A stretch of 64,000 nucleotides of DNA from Haliotis rufescens (GCF_023055435.1 NW_025963791.1:27218001-27282000), one strand, 5' to 3'. Positions 35,907 through 47,777 are shown, counted from the first letter of the stretch. Notes: generated by a model not told the origin, from the letters alone. Made by a program: numbers and translations.

Positions 35907-38900
35907 GATATAAGTGGGGGGCGCCCAGTATAGAACATATTCAAGCGTGTTAATGAACCATATGCTATAGTTAAAAACTTAATCCCCTTAATCGGAAGTT
36001 GCGTCATTTTTCAGGAAATGAGTCACAAGAAATAAGTTTCGACACATTGAGCGGGATATTAACCACACGGCGACAGGACAAGTTAATCTCCATGGACTTT
36101 CCCTTGAACCCTTCTGAGGAACAGGTCATGTGCTGCTACTTGTCATTACCCTTGATTATGCAGTGTGTTATTATCTGGATAAATGAGAGTGGAGATACAA
36201 TATCGGGGTTACTCCAGGGTGTCCTCAGTAATGGAGAATTAGCTGTAGTATATATTGTTAATGTTTATACCCGTGAAGAGCCGGGTTAGAATAGTTTTCA
36301 GCAACCCATGCTTGCCGTAAGAGGCGACTATGCTTGTCGTAAGAGGCGACTAACAGGATTGGCTGGTCAGGATCGCTGACTTGGTTGATGCACGTCATCG
36401 TATCACAGTTGCGTAGATCGATGATTATGATCAATCACTGGATTGTCTGGTTTAGACTCAATTATTTACAGGTCGCCGTCATATAGCTNNNNNNNNNNNN
36501 NNNNNNNNNNNNNNNNNNNNNNNNNNNNNNNNNNNNNNNNNNNNNNNNNNNNNNNNNNNNNNNNNNNNNNNNNNNNNNNNNNNNNNNNNNNNNNNNNNNN
36601 NNNNNNNNNNNNNNNNNNNNNNNNNNNNNNNNNNNNNNNNNNNNNNNNNNNNNNNNNNNNNNAAGAAGCTACCGCTGACCATTTTGTTTCAGCGCTGCCC
36701 TGTAGAAATGAATATGAAGGGATGAACAGCGAACATCAGTATCGAGAGTTGTCTCCCTTATACTAGCCGAGAGGTCTACAAGTTGATTATTAATAAACAA
36801 GTGTACACTTCTGCAATATATACTAGTATACATGAAAAGCAAGCTTCCCATTAAATGAACATTGATTCAAGCAATATAAGGAACAAATAAATTTCGTTTT
36901 TTTTATTACAGGATAGATCCGAAATGGAAAATCTCCTTAAGGTATGTTCGGAAGAAACATACAATAAGCGATAACAGTCATCCTCCCGAGGCAGGGGCGT
37001 TAACTGACTATAATTAATTAATATTATATATAATTAATTCACACATGCTTTGCAAATCCTGCAGTCGACCGAAATCTGCACGTTACGCGATTTTGATTGG
37101 ACTTTGCATAGACTCGTACTAGTATGCATAGACTGTGCATAGACTCGTTTGTCGAGCCAGAATGTAACTCCGGAATTCAAGCCAATCTCGACAAGGACGG
37201 AAACTGGACTTTTACAGTCAGTTAACGCCATTGCCTCGGGGAGATGATTAAAATAGACGATGGTGATTTCAAGGAACATGTTTGGATATTGTTTTAAAGG
37301 TTTCATCATCGTGTTTATCATCACCAGTACCACTCCAATAGTAAATCATCAGTATATATCATCATAAGGGACGTTACTCCACAATTTTGGTTTATCACTG
37401 TCCAGATTAACACAGTTTCACTGGACAGCCAAGCTAAGTTTAATACGTCCTCAATCCGTGTTCTTGTCAGGTTGTTGTAGACCCGTCACTGATTCAAGAT
37501 CTGGAATACTCCCCCACAACCAAGAAGCTGGTGGTCCGGTTGTCGGACTCCGTGACACGGTAAGTCGGACCAGTTGTTACGCACGTGCATACATTTGCTA
37601 CCCCTACGAAGCACACCTGTGATACACGAGCTTGTTACGTAAATGCAGATACCATTGTTGGCATAGTGTATTGACGTCACAAAAGATGATGACGTCATAA
37701 TTTGTTGTCGACGTCATGTGACGCTTTTAGCTTCCCCCCAAACGGTCATAGTTTTCTGTACAAACATTCAGCAATATTTTTTTAATTTGACGTTTAAACG
37801 ATATACGGCTTTTCCATTGGACGAGAGGTCGGTCACATGACCGCGAAGTTGACGTTCATAAGTGTATGAACGACACAATTTGACGTTCATACGTTTTTCA
37901 CGAGACCGTGTTCTTGAAATGACGTAAACACTGACGGACTACTTCCATATTCCTGGGGAAACCCCTGGGAATTCCCTATAGGGATAGCACGAAAACATAC
38001 ATAAGCATTATTTCTGATCATTTAGAACCTTTAATCTTGTTCTCAGCATTTAAGTTTACATTGAGAAACGCCAGAGAGCTTGACTGCATGATTGTTCAAG
38101 AATTTCCTCGCTACGGCCCATCCTAATGAACAAACGAAAAAATGCACATCCAAACTATCGTCAGTATCGACTCGATCTGTGTCTAGGCTGACAGTGACCG
38201 TCTCCAGCAATCTACGAATTTACGTTGGTGTCTGTTTGACGCATCTTTAATCACCTTTCAATAATCGGTCAGTTGATCAATTATGACTAACACATGTAAC
38301 CGCCACAGGTTCATTAACAACTTCGGAAATCCTCCCGTCACGTTTATCGTGTCGGCCATTTTGACGTCTTGTACTTGATGTAAATGTATTACGACGCGCT
38401 GTCATTGTGACTGACTTACTGAGGTAGTTCATTACAGACCTTTCTCGTCTAATGGGGTTATTATATGAACACATGTGTTGCGTAAGAAGTTTCTGAAGTG
38501 CAAGTTCTGCATCCATACGCTCATGCCACCTCTCTTTTTGGGGAACTATTTTATTCCGCGTTATAGCTGGTTGTTGTTTGGCTGTCAGTGTAAACATGAA
38601 GTCACACGTACTAAATAAAATTGTGTTTAGATTTTGGCCTACGTCCTTTGAGGAAAGAAATTGTGATAACAAATTATAAGAATTGACTTTCACTTTGTGT
38701 GAGTTCATTGGAGTATGAACCTGCATAGAGTGAGGGCCAAACATTGTATGAACGTTGTCGCAAGCTCCTACGTTCATACAGTTTGGCCCTCACTCTATGC
38801 AGGTTCATACTCCAATGAACTCACACAAAGTGAAGGTCAATTCTTAATAACATCACGCAAAACTTACAAAACGAAATATTTATCGACTTTGTACCATGAA

Positions 38901-41197
38901 CGTTAAATAAAATCAGTATTTAGGAGGAACTTACTTACTGAGAGCATGACGTAACAAAACTGTCGTTATAACAATACGTCTCCTCGTGCTTACCTTCCAC
39001 ATTACATATGTATATGGTTCAAAATAAGCGAGTTAATATTAATCTACGAATCAGTCTGAAGCAATGATTTCACGCGCTTTACAGCATTCGTGACGAATTG
39101 CAAAAGCCATTTTTGATGTAATTTGTAATGACGTCACAATAGTAAAGGCCTCATAAACAGTCACTGTTGACGACATACGTATACCCAGTGTATAATATAG
39201 AACACAACACATCATCACTACAGCTAATAATAGTAAAGTGGGGAATAAATAAAATGTGATCATTATGATTATCCTGATCTTACGAAATCTATGTATTTCC
39301 CTTGCTCTAATTCGTATCTTACAAACACTAATGAAAGAAAAGAAAGAGCCCTATAGGCGGCTGTGTATGGCACCATTGTGAATATTCCCCATATTTTAAT
39401 TGGCTCGTGGGACATACTTTTATTGTCGACGTAAATGTCATAACGCCACAGATTATCACTTCTGACGTCATACTGGCCTGTTAGCTTCTGGATACGGTTT
39501 ATGGACGACAGACGACTTCCGACGATATGAGCTCACTTGGCTTTTCAGGTGATAGGTGACCAGGTGATATTAAAATAGTGTATTATAGAGGGTGAAAAAC
39601 ACGCTAAAATTCTGAGCCAATAAATGAATGTGAAAATTTCAGAAATAATAAAAACAAATCTTATAATCCTTGCAACTACACACTACCACGTGTCCCTGCA
39701 GATCGGAGCTGGAGAGTCTACAGCCCCAGATACCCCGTATGGTGGAGAGTGAGAGAACGGGCAAAGTGAGGGGGGTGATCATCACGCTGAGGGGGTCCCA
39801 GTCTAACGGAGCGGTGGACGCTGAGGGGAGGGGGTACGACTTTGTGTCCAGGTACTTCGCCCCATGGGTGGGGATACCGGAGGACCCTGTCACGGGTCAG
39901 TTTAAATTGTAACGTATGGTTATTCTTCTCTGCTGTTCATTTATTTTAAACCAGCACTTTTCTGTTTTTTTAGTTATTGTCTTGAGCCTAATTGTGCTTT
40001 CATGCTATTTGTGTTTTCATGGAAAAAACTCAGACAACACATATTGAGTGACGCTTATATATGTATAGACGTTCTCAAAAGGGTTTTAGCTCCGTATAGA
40101 TGTAAAACCAGTATCACAGGCACGTATAAACGAAATATTAGATGATAAAATAGACACAATTTATGGATAACAACTTTTTTAATACTGTGAAAAGCGACGT
40201 TTCGGTATAGATCCTTATACCGTTGTCAAGCAAGACTTGCTTATTTTCTATAAATGGGGTTATGTTGATGGGCGATGTTTGTGGTTTCAGGGTCGGCCCA
40301 CACAGTACTGGCCAGCTACTGGTCAAAACAGCTGGACAAACACGAGCTTTACGGTGAGTCACGTGACGTCACTCTGTAATTATATTAAATCAATCAATCA
40401 ATCAATACTTTATTCAGTATCAAGGCCTAGATCCATATACAACAGACCATACAAGTAGAAAATGATATTTGTCCTGACCGCCTCCGTGGTCTAGTGGTAG
40501 AGCGTCCACCCGGAGACCGATTCCTGTCATACTACAAGACGTTAAAAGATGGTACCTGTTGTTTTCCTGTCTGGCGCTCGGCATTAAGGGGCTCGAAAAC
40601 AGTATACTGTGTCTGAGTGGGGTATTCATGTTAAAGGGGCGGTCGGGTAGCCTCGTGGTTAAAGCGTTCGCTCGTCACGCCGAAGACCCAGGTTCGATTC
40701 CCGACATGGGTACAATGTGTGAAGCCCATTTCTGGTGTCCCCCGCCGTGATATTGCTGGAATATTGCTAAAAGCGGCGTAAAACCATACTCACTCACTAT
40801 TCATGTTAAACTGCGTCATGGTGTCTCAGTGTGCTAGCAACGACATCAGTCCGGACTAGTACAAGCTTACAAACCTCTTTATGTTAGTATGCATACATGG
40901 ACGTGCTCATTCCCTGAGAGACAAGAGGAGGATGAAATGGTCCTCCGCTGCAGCAGTTATATACAACTCAAAAGAAGTTAAAGAACACCCGAATTTGGTG
41001 TTGTTTTAAAGAACTTCTTTTGATTAGTATAACAGTTTAATGCAGAGTGTTAATATTGCATACTGCATGATGTGTTTGTGTTTCCAGCTCGCCAGTGCTC
41101 GCCCCGGGGTGGGGACATACACCTGAGGGTGGCGGGGGAGCGGGTACACCTGGCAGGGGACGCTGCCATCATTATGACGGGGACACTTGAAATATGA
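33763..41197 (+). CDS. PBLD: Phenazine biosynthesis-like (PhzF family) protein, 9 exons, 299 aa, intact
   Basis: Exons 33763-33867, 34954-35053, 35574-35672, 36015-36124, 36912-36941, 37471-37559, 39702-39895, 40291-40353, 41088-41197. All junctions GT-AG with compatible phases, 900 nt in total. Motifs [82 protein letters not shown]. Confidence 0.95.
35690..35910. repeat. G/T-rich low-complexity tract and (GA)n microsatellite
   Basis: Strongly G-skewed intronic sequence ending in (GA)n at ~35873-35900. Confidence 0.8.
36269..36488 (+). mobile_element. SINE family B running into an assembly gap
   Basis: ACCCGTGAAGAGCCGGGTTAGAATAG... family B head and body. Confidence 0.85.
36489..36662. other. 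Assembly gap (N run)
   Basis: Run of n characters. Confidence 1.
38677..38846. mobile_element. Fold-back (hairpin) MITE, ~80-bp arms
   Basis: TAAGAATTGACTTTCACTTTGTGTGAGTTCATTGGAGTATGAACCTGCATAGAGTGAGGGCCAAAC... followed by its near-perfect reverse complement; loop ~10 nt. Confidence 0.8.
40141..40235 (-). mobile_element. Penelope-like terminal-repeat fragment with minimal hammerhead-like motif
   Basis: Minus strand reads TTGACAA-C-GGTATA-AGGATC-TATACC-GAAAC-GTC; its downstream segment GTTATCCATAAATTGT recurs at ~45376. Confidence 0.5.
40476..40865 (+). mobile_element. SINE family C with nested full-length family A copy (40636-40797)
   Basis: The A copy is flanked by a 13-bp TSD TATTCATGTTAAA derived from the C body. 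Confidence 0.88.
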
Positions 41198-41409
41198 TTC
41201 AACCTCGACTTACAGGGGAATATTTTTCAATATTTAGTATGCATGCATGTTTTTTTTATCAGAAAACGACATTGTATGTATGGTTTCATGGTATTTGAAA
41301 TAGATAATATGTATTCAAGTTGTATATGTTGGTATACCCATGTGTCTGGTTTTGGGCATGTTTGTTGTTTGCAGCGGTCGTATGTGAATGTTATCGTTTG
41401 TTTAAGATT

Positions 41410-41642
41410 TGTTTGTCTGTTTGTATGTTGCTTAACGCCACTTTCAGCAATATCCCAGCTATGTGACTGCGGTCTGTAAATAATGGAGTCTGAACCAGAC
41501 AATCCAGTGATTGATATCAAGAGCATCGATCTACGAAATAGGGACACGATGACATGCATGGGCGAGCCTGACCACCCGATCCCGTCAGTCGCCTTTTACG
41601 CGACAAGCATGGGATGCTGAAGACCTATTCTAACCCAGATCT
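41410..41642 (-). mobile_element. SINE family B, near full length
   Basis: Reverse complement of family B from the (AAAC)n tail to the head ...GCTGAAGACCTATTCTAACCCAGATCTT. Confidence 0.85.
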
Positions 41643-42748
41643 TTTGTTTAAGACGGACATCGGTGGATAGAACTGGATACGTGGTTCATTCCTGCAAGAC
41701 TTATAAATGCATGTTATTTAACATCCGGTATGTTATCATAATACTGTTTTGTTTTATTGGTTTTTTTTAATTTCATCGGTTGTATTTTTTCTTCTTTTTG
41801 TTTGGACCTTTTTTGCGTGTTTGTTATTATTAAAAAGAGTAAGCCAAAATAATGTTCAGTTATTATTCATTGACATTGATCCACCCGGCAGAAACATTAA
41901 CAGCAACAAATATACGCAGGGCTAATACTGTGGTTTACACATAGTGACGAAGCCCAAATTGTACCATTTTAGTTTCCAGGCGTGTGTCCGCACAGCCACG
42001 TAAAATAAACAGATAAACATAGGAAGAATGTGTAAATATTACTTTTTATATCTACCGCAAGTAACATATTAAAAATACTGAAAACATTCATTTACATGAT
42101 TTTCGGAACGAATGCATAAATCGAGCCTTTAGAAGACTATCTTCAAGATCTTGATATCCAAGTCAACACGAAGGCTTGACATATATCTCTGCCACCCCTT
42201 TAAGCAAACACAGCAGCCTGACAAGGAAAGGTCAAGGTTATACTAGGAGGTCGACCATGTCCGAACTACCAATATATTTCGTAGATGCTTTCACAAAGAC
42301 TGCTTTCAGTGGCAACCCCGCGGCAGTATGCCTGGCGTCAATTAACAATGCGGTAAACACGTGTATTCATTCATCAGGCTTAGCTAATGTGACATTTGTC
42401 CTATACCCAGTCGGCAAAAGTAGATCGTGAAAACCCATGACCGAATTACCCCGATCGTGTATCAGAATACGAGATTGTGGCTCACGTGCAGGTAGTGGCC
42501 GGCGATACCCCGATACAGACGGATGGATGGATAGATACATAGAAAACGTAAATTAGGGTTCAAAATTACATTGTAAAATGTCGACATACCTCTGTTCTAT
42601 CAATGATAAAGGTATAGTGAAAATAATCAGGAAACAGTTTATATAAAGAATACTATGTAGGATACCAGAGCCGGGTCTTATTCTATGTTGTCTTTCTGTA
42701 ACCTCGATTCCTCGGATGCCTTTACTCAAATCTTCACTCGTGAAAGCT

Positions 42749-42787
<39 letters not shown>

Positions 42788-42793
42788 ATTATG

Positions 42794-43285
42794 GCCCGGT
42801 CGCATCACACCAAAAGACTCGACATTAAGGTTGGTTTGGTTGTTTTGTTGTTTAACGCCGCACTCAGCAATATTCCAGCTATATGACGGCGGTCTGTAAA
42901 TAATCGAGTCTGAAACAGACAATCCAGTGATTAATATCATGAGCATCGATCCATGCAATTGGGATCGACGACATGCATTAACCAAGTCAGCGAGCCTGAT
43001 CACCCGATCCCGTTAGTCGCCTTTTACGACAAGCATAGTCGACATTAAGGAGATAAAACAAGGATGGGTCAGCTCGGAGTCAGTATACTGTATACTGTGA
43101 GTTATTCATGTTAAACTGCGACATAGTATTTCAGTGGGCTAGCACTATAAATCGGATAAAGTCCGGACTAGCACAAGCAGCCACACACAAACACACACAC
43201 ACACACACACACACGTGTATGCACGTCGCTATATAAGTGCAATAATCTTGGACGCGACGTTAAACCCCATTTCATCTCACCTCAC
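42794..43285 (+). mobile_element. 5'-truncated SINE family C with nested minus-strand family B (42831-43040)
   Basis: Outer TSD ACTAATTATGG, inner TSD TCGACATTAAGG; preceded by a (CTA)n microsatellite at ~42748-42787. Confidence 0.85.
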
Positions 43286-43887
43286 CACTAATTATGGTAT
43301 ACGGTTTCTTAAAATAGAATATATCAAATATCTGTCTCAGTTTTTAGAGTTCAGTATCAGTATCAGTATATTTCTAGTATTACCATCATTCTGCGCAGAA
43401 TCTAACCGACAAACAAATGCAGAAGGTTGCTATAGAGACGAATATGCCGGCCACAGGCTTCATCTTCAGCGACGGGGATGACGAGAGCTTCAAAACACGT
43501 AATGTTGTTGATCGGGGTCGTTGTTCTTAAGTAACAGCCTTAGGAATCAGCTACTGAGACAAGGAACCTGTTGTTATGGTGATGAGCGAGTTGGGTTTAA
43601 CGGCGCTTCGAACTGTATTAATCACGACGAGTAACTGACGGGTCACCATGGGAGGAACACCCGACGTGATGAAATAAAAATGAAAATTTAGGGTATCCGA
43701 CGTTGAATTTTTGAAGTGCGCCCTAACCTACATCGAGTCTATGTTGTATTCCACAGGTTCTAGGTTTGGCCTGCGATTTTTCACCTCAAAGACAGATATA
43801 AATCTCTGTGGCCATGCAACTCTAGGCTCCACTGCAGTTCTGTTCAAGAAGCTAGGTAGTCGGATTAAAGTATTTAATAATAAATAT

Positions 43888-44110
43888 CTTCAGCAACCCA
43901 TTCATGCCGTAAAAGGCGACTATGCTTGTCGCAAAAGGCGAATGACGGGATCAGGTGGTCAGGCACACTGACTTGGTTGATGCATGTCATCGTATCCCAA
44001 TTGCGTGGATCGATGCTCATGATGTCAATCATTGGATTGTCTAGTCCAGACTCGATTATTTACAGACCCCGTCATATAGCTGGAATATTGCTGAGTGCCG
44101 CGTTAAACAC
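43888..44110 (+). mobile_element. SINE family B, 5'-truncated
   Basis: Family B body and tail. Confidence 0.85.
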
Positions 44111-44481
44111 ACAAAAAAGAACCTAACCAAACCAATAATATATCAATAAGTATTAAATCAAACAACATAATATAATATAATAATTGAAAAATGTCAAATA
44201 TAAATATTATTTTTCCTCTTTAGCAATAAATTACACAGTATGAAAGAAACTATTATTTATCACTCTGTTTTAGGAAATGCATCGAAAGAAATTTCTTTGG
44301 ACACCTTGAGTGGAACGTTGACAGTGAGCAGGCGGGATAACCTATACTAAATGGATTTCCCCCTGATTCCCTCCCACAAACAGGTGAAGTCGTAGTTCAG
44401 CTTCTTTACAGGATCTCTAACGTTCGTTTAACAAGATGACGGTGAAACATAGATCTATAACTGGAGGTATATAATTCTGGA

Positions 44482-44958
44482 GGGGGCACGGGTGGCCCAG
44501 TCGTCTAAGGCGCCGCGATTCGCTGTGCAGAGTTGCGTCCCTTGGGCACGCCAGAAATCTATGATCGTGGGTTCGAATCCCGGTTCGCCCCGATTATGTT
44601 TCTGAGTGCGGCGTTAAACAACAAACAAACAAAACATTTTGATCTAGATCTAACGTCGTGAGTTCTGTCTATGTAACCACCACTTGTATTCCCTTGCGGA
44701 GACTTTGGTGTAAAAGAGGTGACTCCGACCTTGTTTGTGTAAGAGGCGACTAAGATGGAGCGGGTAGGCGCTGGGCTCGCACAAGGCGTTATGTTTCTAG
44801 GTTTGTCAGCACCATACCCTTGCTCGTGGGTTTCACCGAAGTGGTAAACGTCTGAGACCTGCATCACTTGGGGCTTTCCTCCCACATTAAGCTGACACGC
44901 CGCGATATAACTGGAATACTGTTAAAAGCGGCGTAAAACCCAACTCACTCACTCACTC
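44482..44958 (+). mobile_element. SINE family D, full length (~475 bp)
   Basis: tRNA-like head with acceptor-stem pairing GGGGC/GCCCC, A box TGGCCCAGTCG and B box GGTTCGAATCC separated by an unusually long insert; internal family-B tail; 3' hairpin tail + (ACTC)n; TTCTGGA flanking duplication. Confidence 0.85.
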
Positions 44959-45467
44959 TTTCTGGAAGAAGTGACAGACGATTTGGGCAACAGAAAGGTT
45001 TTCCCTTTCCATCGGCATCGTAAAGGTCAGAGTTACTCCCCTTTGACCAGTCTTGTCCCGAAAAACAGCCTCACGCGAAGCTCATCTCCAGGCCCGCTTC
45101 TCATTCTGAACTTGGGAGCTTTCAGAGTGGCCTCTAGATCCAGTGATCCTCGCAGCCAAACTTTCATCCCTTCAGAGTATGAATCATCCTGGGTTAGTTT
45201 TAAAGTACAAAATACTATTTCAGAAATGGACTATAAGTCAAAAAGATTATTGTTACTGGGCAGAAATGACTAAAATTGACCCGTGAAGATTCCGGGGTAG
45301 AATAGGCAGACAATACCGTGAATACCGGGAACAGGTTAGATGTACACAAAATATATCAGATTTCATTTCATTAAGTTATCCATAAATTGTCTCTACTTTG
45401 TCGAATTACGATTAAGTTTGGACAATTTCGGTGAAACCCAGGAGTACGGGATAGTCATAATTCCTGA

Positions 45468-45633
45468 GGGGCGGTCGGGTAGCCTAGTGGTTAAAGCCTT
45501 CGCTCGTCACGCCGAAGACCCGGGTTCGATTCCCGACATGGGTACAATGTGTGAAGCCCATTTCTGGTGTCCCCCGCTGTGATATTGCTGGAATATTGCT
45601 AAAAGCGGCGTAAAACCATAACACTCACTCACT
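45468..45633 (+). mobile_element. SINE family A, full length
   Basis: TSD TCATAAT(T/A)CCTGA. Confidence 0.9.
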
Positions 45634-45980
45634 CATAATACCTGACAAAAACATCTGGGATTCGAACCCAAGGCATGGTACTCAAGAAAACGATAACCAC
45701 AATGAATCATCCAGCAGCTAAGGGGCTAACTTCGTGTTATTCAACATCCGTCTTTTTAATACATTTGTTTTCTTTAACAAGATAGAGCGGAGCTGGGGAA
45801 CCTTTTAAAGGTGGGTGTGGAAACCTGAAAACAAATATAAATTCAAAATATACAAAACACGCATGGAATATTTGTTCTTCGTTCCGTTGTTGTGTAGGTT
45901 ACGGGCATTGGCACATTTTTAGACCTTAACTTTGGTAAATGTGATCACAAACATGGCCTTGTTACACGCGTACCATCCTA

Positions 45981-46248
45981 GACCCGTGAAGATCCGGGGT
46001 AGAATAGGTCTTCAGCAACTCATGCTTGCCGTAAAAGGCGACTATGCTTGTCGTAAAAGGCGACTAACGGGATCGGGTGGTCAGGCTCGCTGACTTGGTT
46101 GATGTATGTCATCGTATCTCAATTGTGTGGATCGATGCTCATGACGTCAATCACTGGATTGTCTGGTCCAGACTCAATTATTTACAGACCGCCGTCACAT
46201 AGATGGAATATTGCTGAGTGAGGCGTTAAACAACAAACAAAAACAAAA
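45981..46248 (+). mobile_element. SINE family B (non-tRNA head), full length
   Basis: GACCCGTGAAGATCCGGGGTAGAATAGGTCTTCAGC...GGCGTTAAAC(AAAC)n; TSD GCGT(A/T)CCATCCTA. Confidence 0.9.
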
Positions 46249-47574
46249 GCGTTCCATCCTAAGTATCCTCTCTATAACGCGTCAACAAACTTGATATTCA
46301 TGGAGTCAGCTGTGTTGGTGTTCTGAGTGTTGTTGTGCCTGACTGTCACAGGTGGTTGTACACTCGTCACTTATACAAGACGTGGAATACTCGTCCACCA
46401 CTAACAGCCTACTGGTCAGATTGTCAGACTGCTGCTCAAGGTAAGAAACCATTTACAAAATTCAAAGTGCCGTATTTCCTTAAATAAGGGATCTACCCTC
46501 GGATAGCTTAATCTTTTAGAAATCATAAACTATGTATAACTTTGGAGGTCTTAATACTGAGTGTAAAGTAAATGTATTTGATGTGTTTTTTTGTTATTGT
46601 TTTAATATAATCCTTGCAACTACACACTACCACTTGTCCCTGCAGATCGGAGCTGGGGAGCCTACAGCCCCAGGTACCCCGTATGGTGGAGAGTGAGAGA
46701 ACGGGGAAAGTGAGGGGGGTGATCATCACGCTGAGGGGGTCCCAGTCTAACGGAGCGGTGGACGCTGAGGGGAGGGGGTACGACTTTGCGTCCAGGTACT
46801 TCGCCCCATGGGTGGGGATACCGGAGGACCACGTGACATGGAAACATATAGCGGTTAGTAGACGAGGTAGAACTCTGCAGGTAATTATTTCGATGGCATT
46901 AATATATCTTACCTCACGTAAACTGCTGTGCAAAAAGCTTATACACCCATATTTGATGGTGGCTTAAGATACAAGTAACGTCCAATGGTACGATGTTTGA
47001 AGCCCATTTCTGGTGTCCCCAGCCGTGATATTGCTGAAATATTGCATAAAGCAGCGTAAAACAATACTCACTCACTTTTGGCAACAGTGCCCTAGAAAGA
47101 TTACCTTTATTCACGATAAGATAAGATAACACTATATTATCCCGAAGGGAATTTGGGTTAAATCGCACAAGGTCTCAGCTTATTGATAAACACACGCATG
47201 TATAAGTATAAGAAAATCACATATGTAATTAACATTAAATGTGGCACTAGCTAATAAATGCTTAACATTTATTTATTACAAAACGTGTTATTAAACCTGG
47301 TACCAGCTGGTCCGGGCCCTGTTAGTTCTCAACATCGGCAACTGCTGCCGGCGGCCAGAAGGAAGAAGTCGATACTCAGGATGTAAAACATGCGAGATAT
47401 CGCTTCATATATTATTTGCTGTGTTAAATATTTGCTGCTCATGAATGCCGCCGAATTCCTGGAGGGAGATATCAATGATTCGTTTCCCCGTGTCACAGAT
47501 TTTGAACAGACAGATTTCCGTACCAGCTAGTGAAGTTAAAAGTTTGAATACTTAAAACAAATGTTTATACTTAC

Positions 47575-47604
47575 CAGTGACCATATACCTGTATATGGTC
47601 TCTG
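47575..47604. mobile_element. 30-bp palindromic transposon remnant with 7-bp TSD
   Basis: TACTTAC-[CAGTGACCATATAC CT GTATATGGTCTCTG]-TACTTAC. Confidence 0.75.
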
Positions 47605-47777
47605 TACTTACAAAGTTTATTATTTTAGGATCGGCCCACACAGAACTGGCCAGCTACTGGTCCCTACAGCTGGAGAAACGCGAGCTTTATGGTGAGAAGA
47701 CGTCATGATTTGTTATATTGTTTATTAGGAACGCGAATACGTTCATATACCCGAAACACAAGTGTGAAAAAAACGTG

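Noticed and set aside
33763-41197. Horizontal transfer of a bacterial phenazine gene
   Set aside because: PBLD homologues are widespread in animals; this gene has 8 spliceosomal introns and no other phz genes are present.
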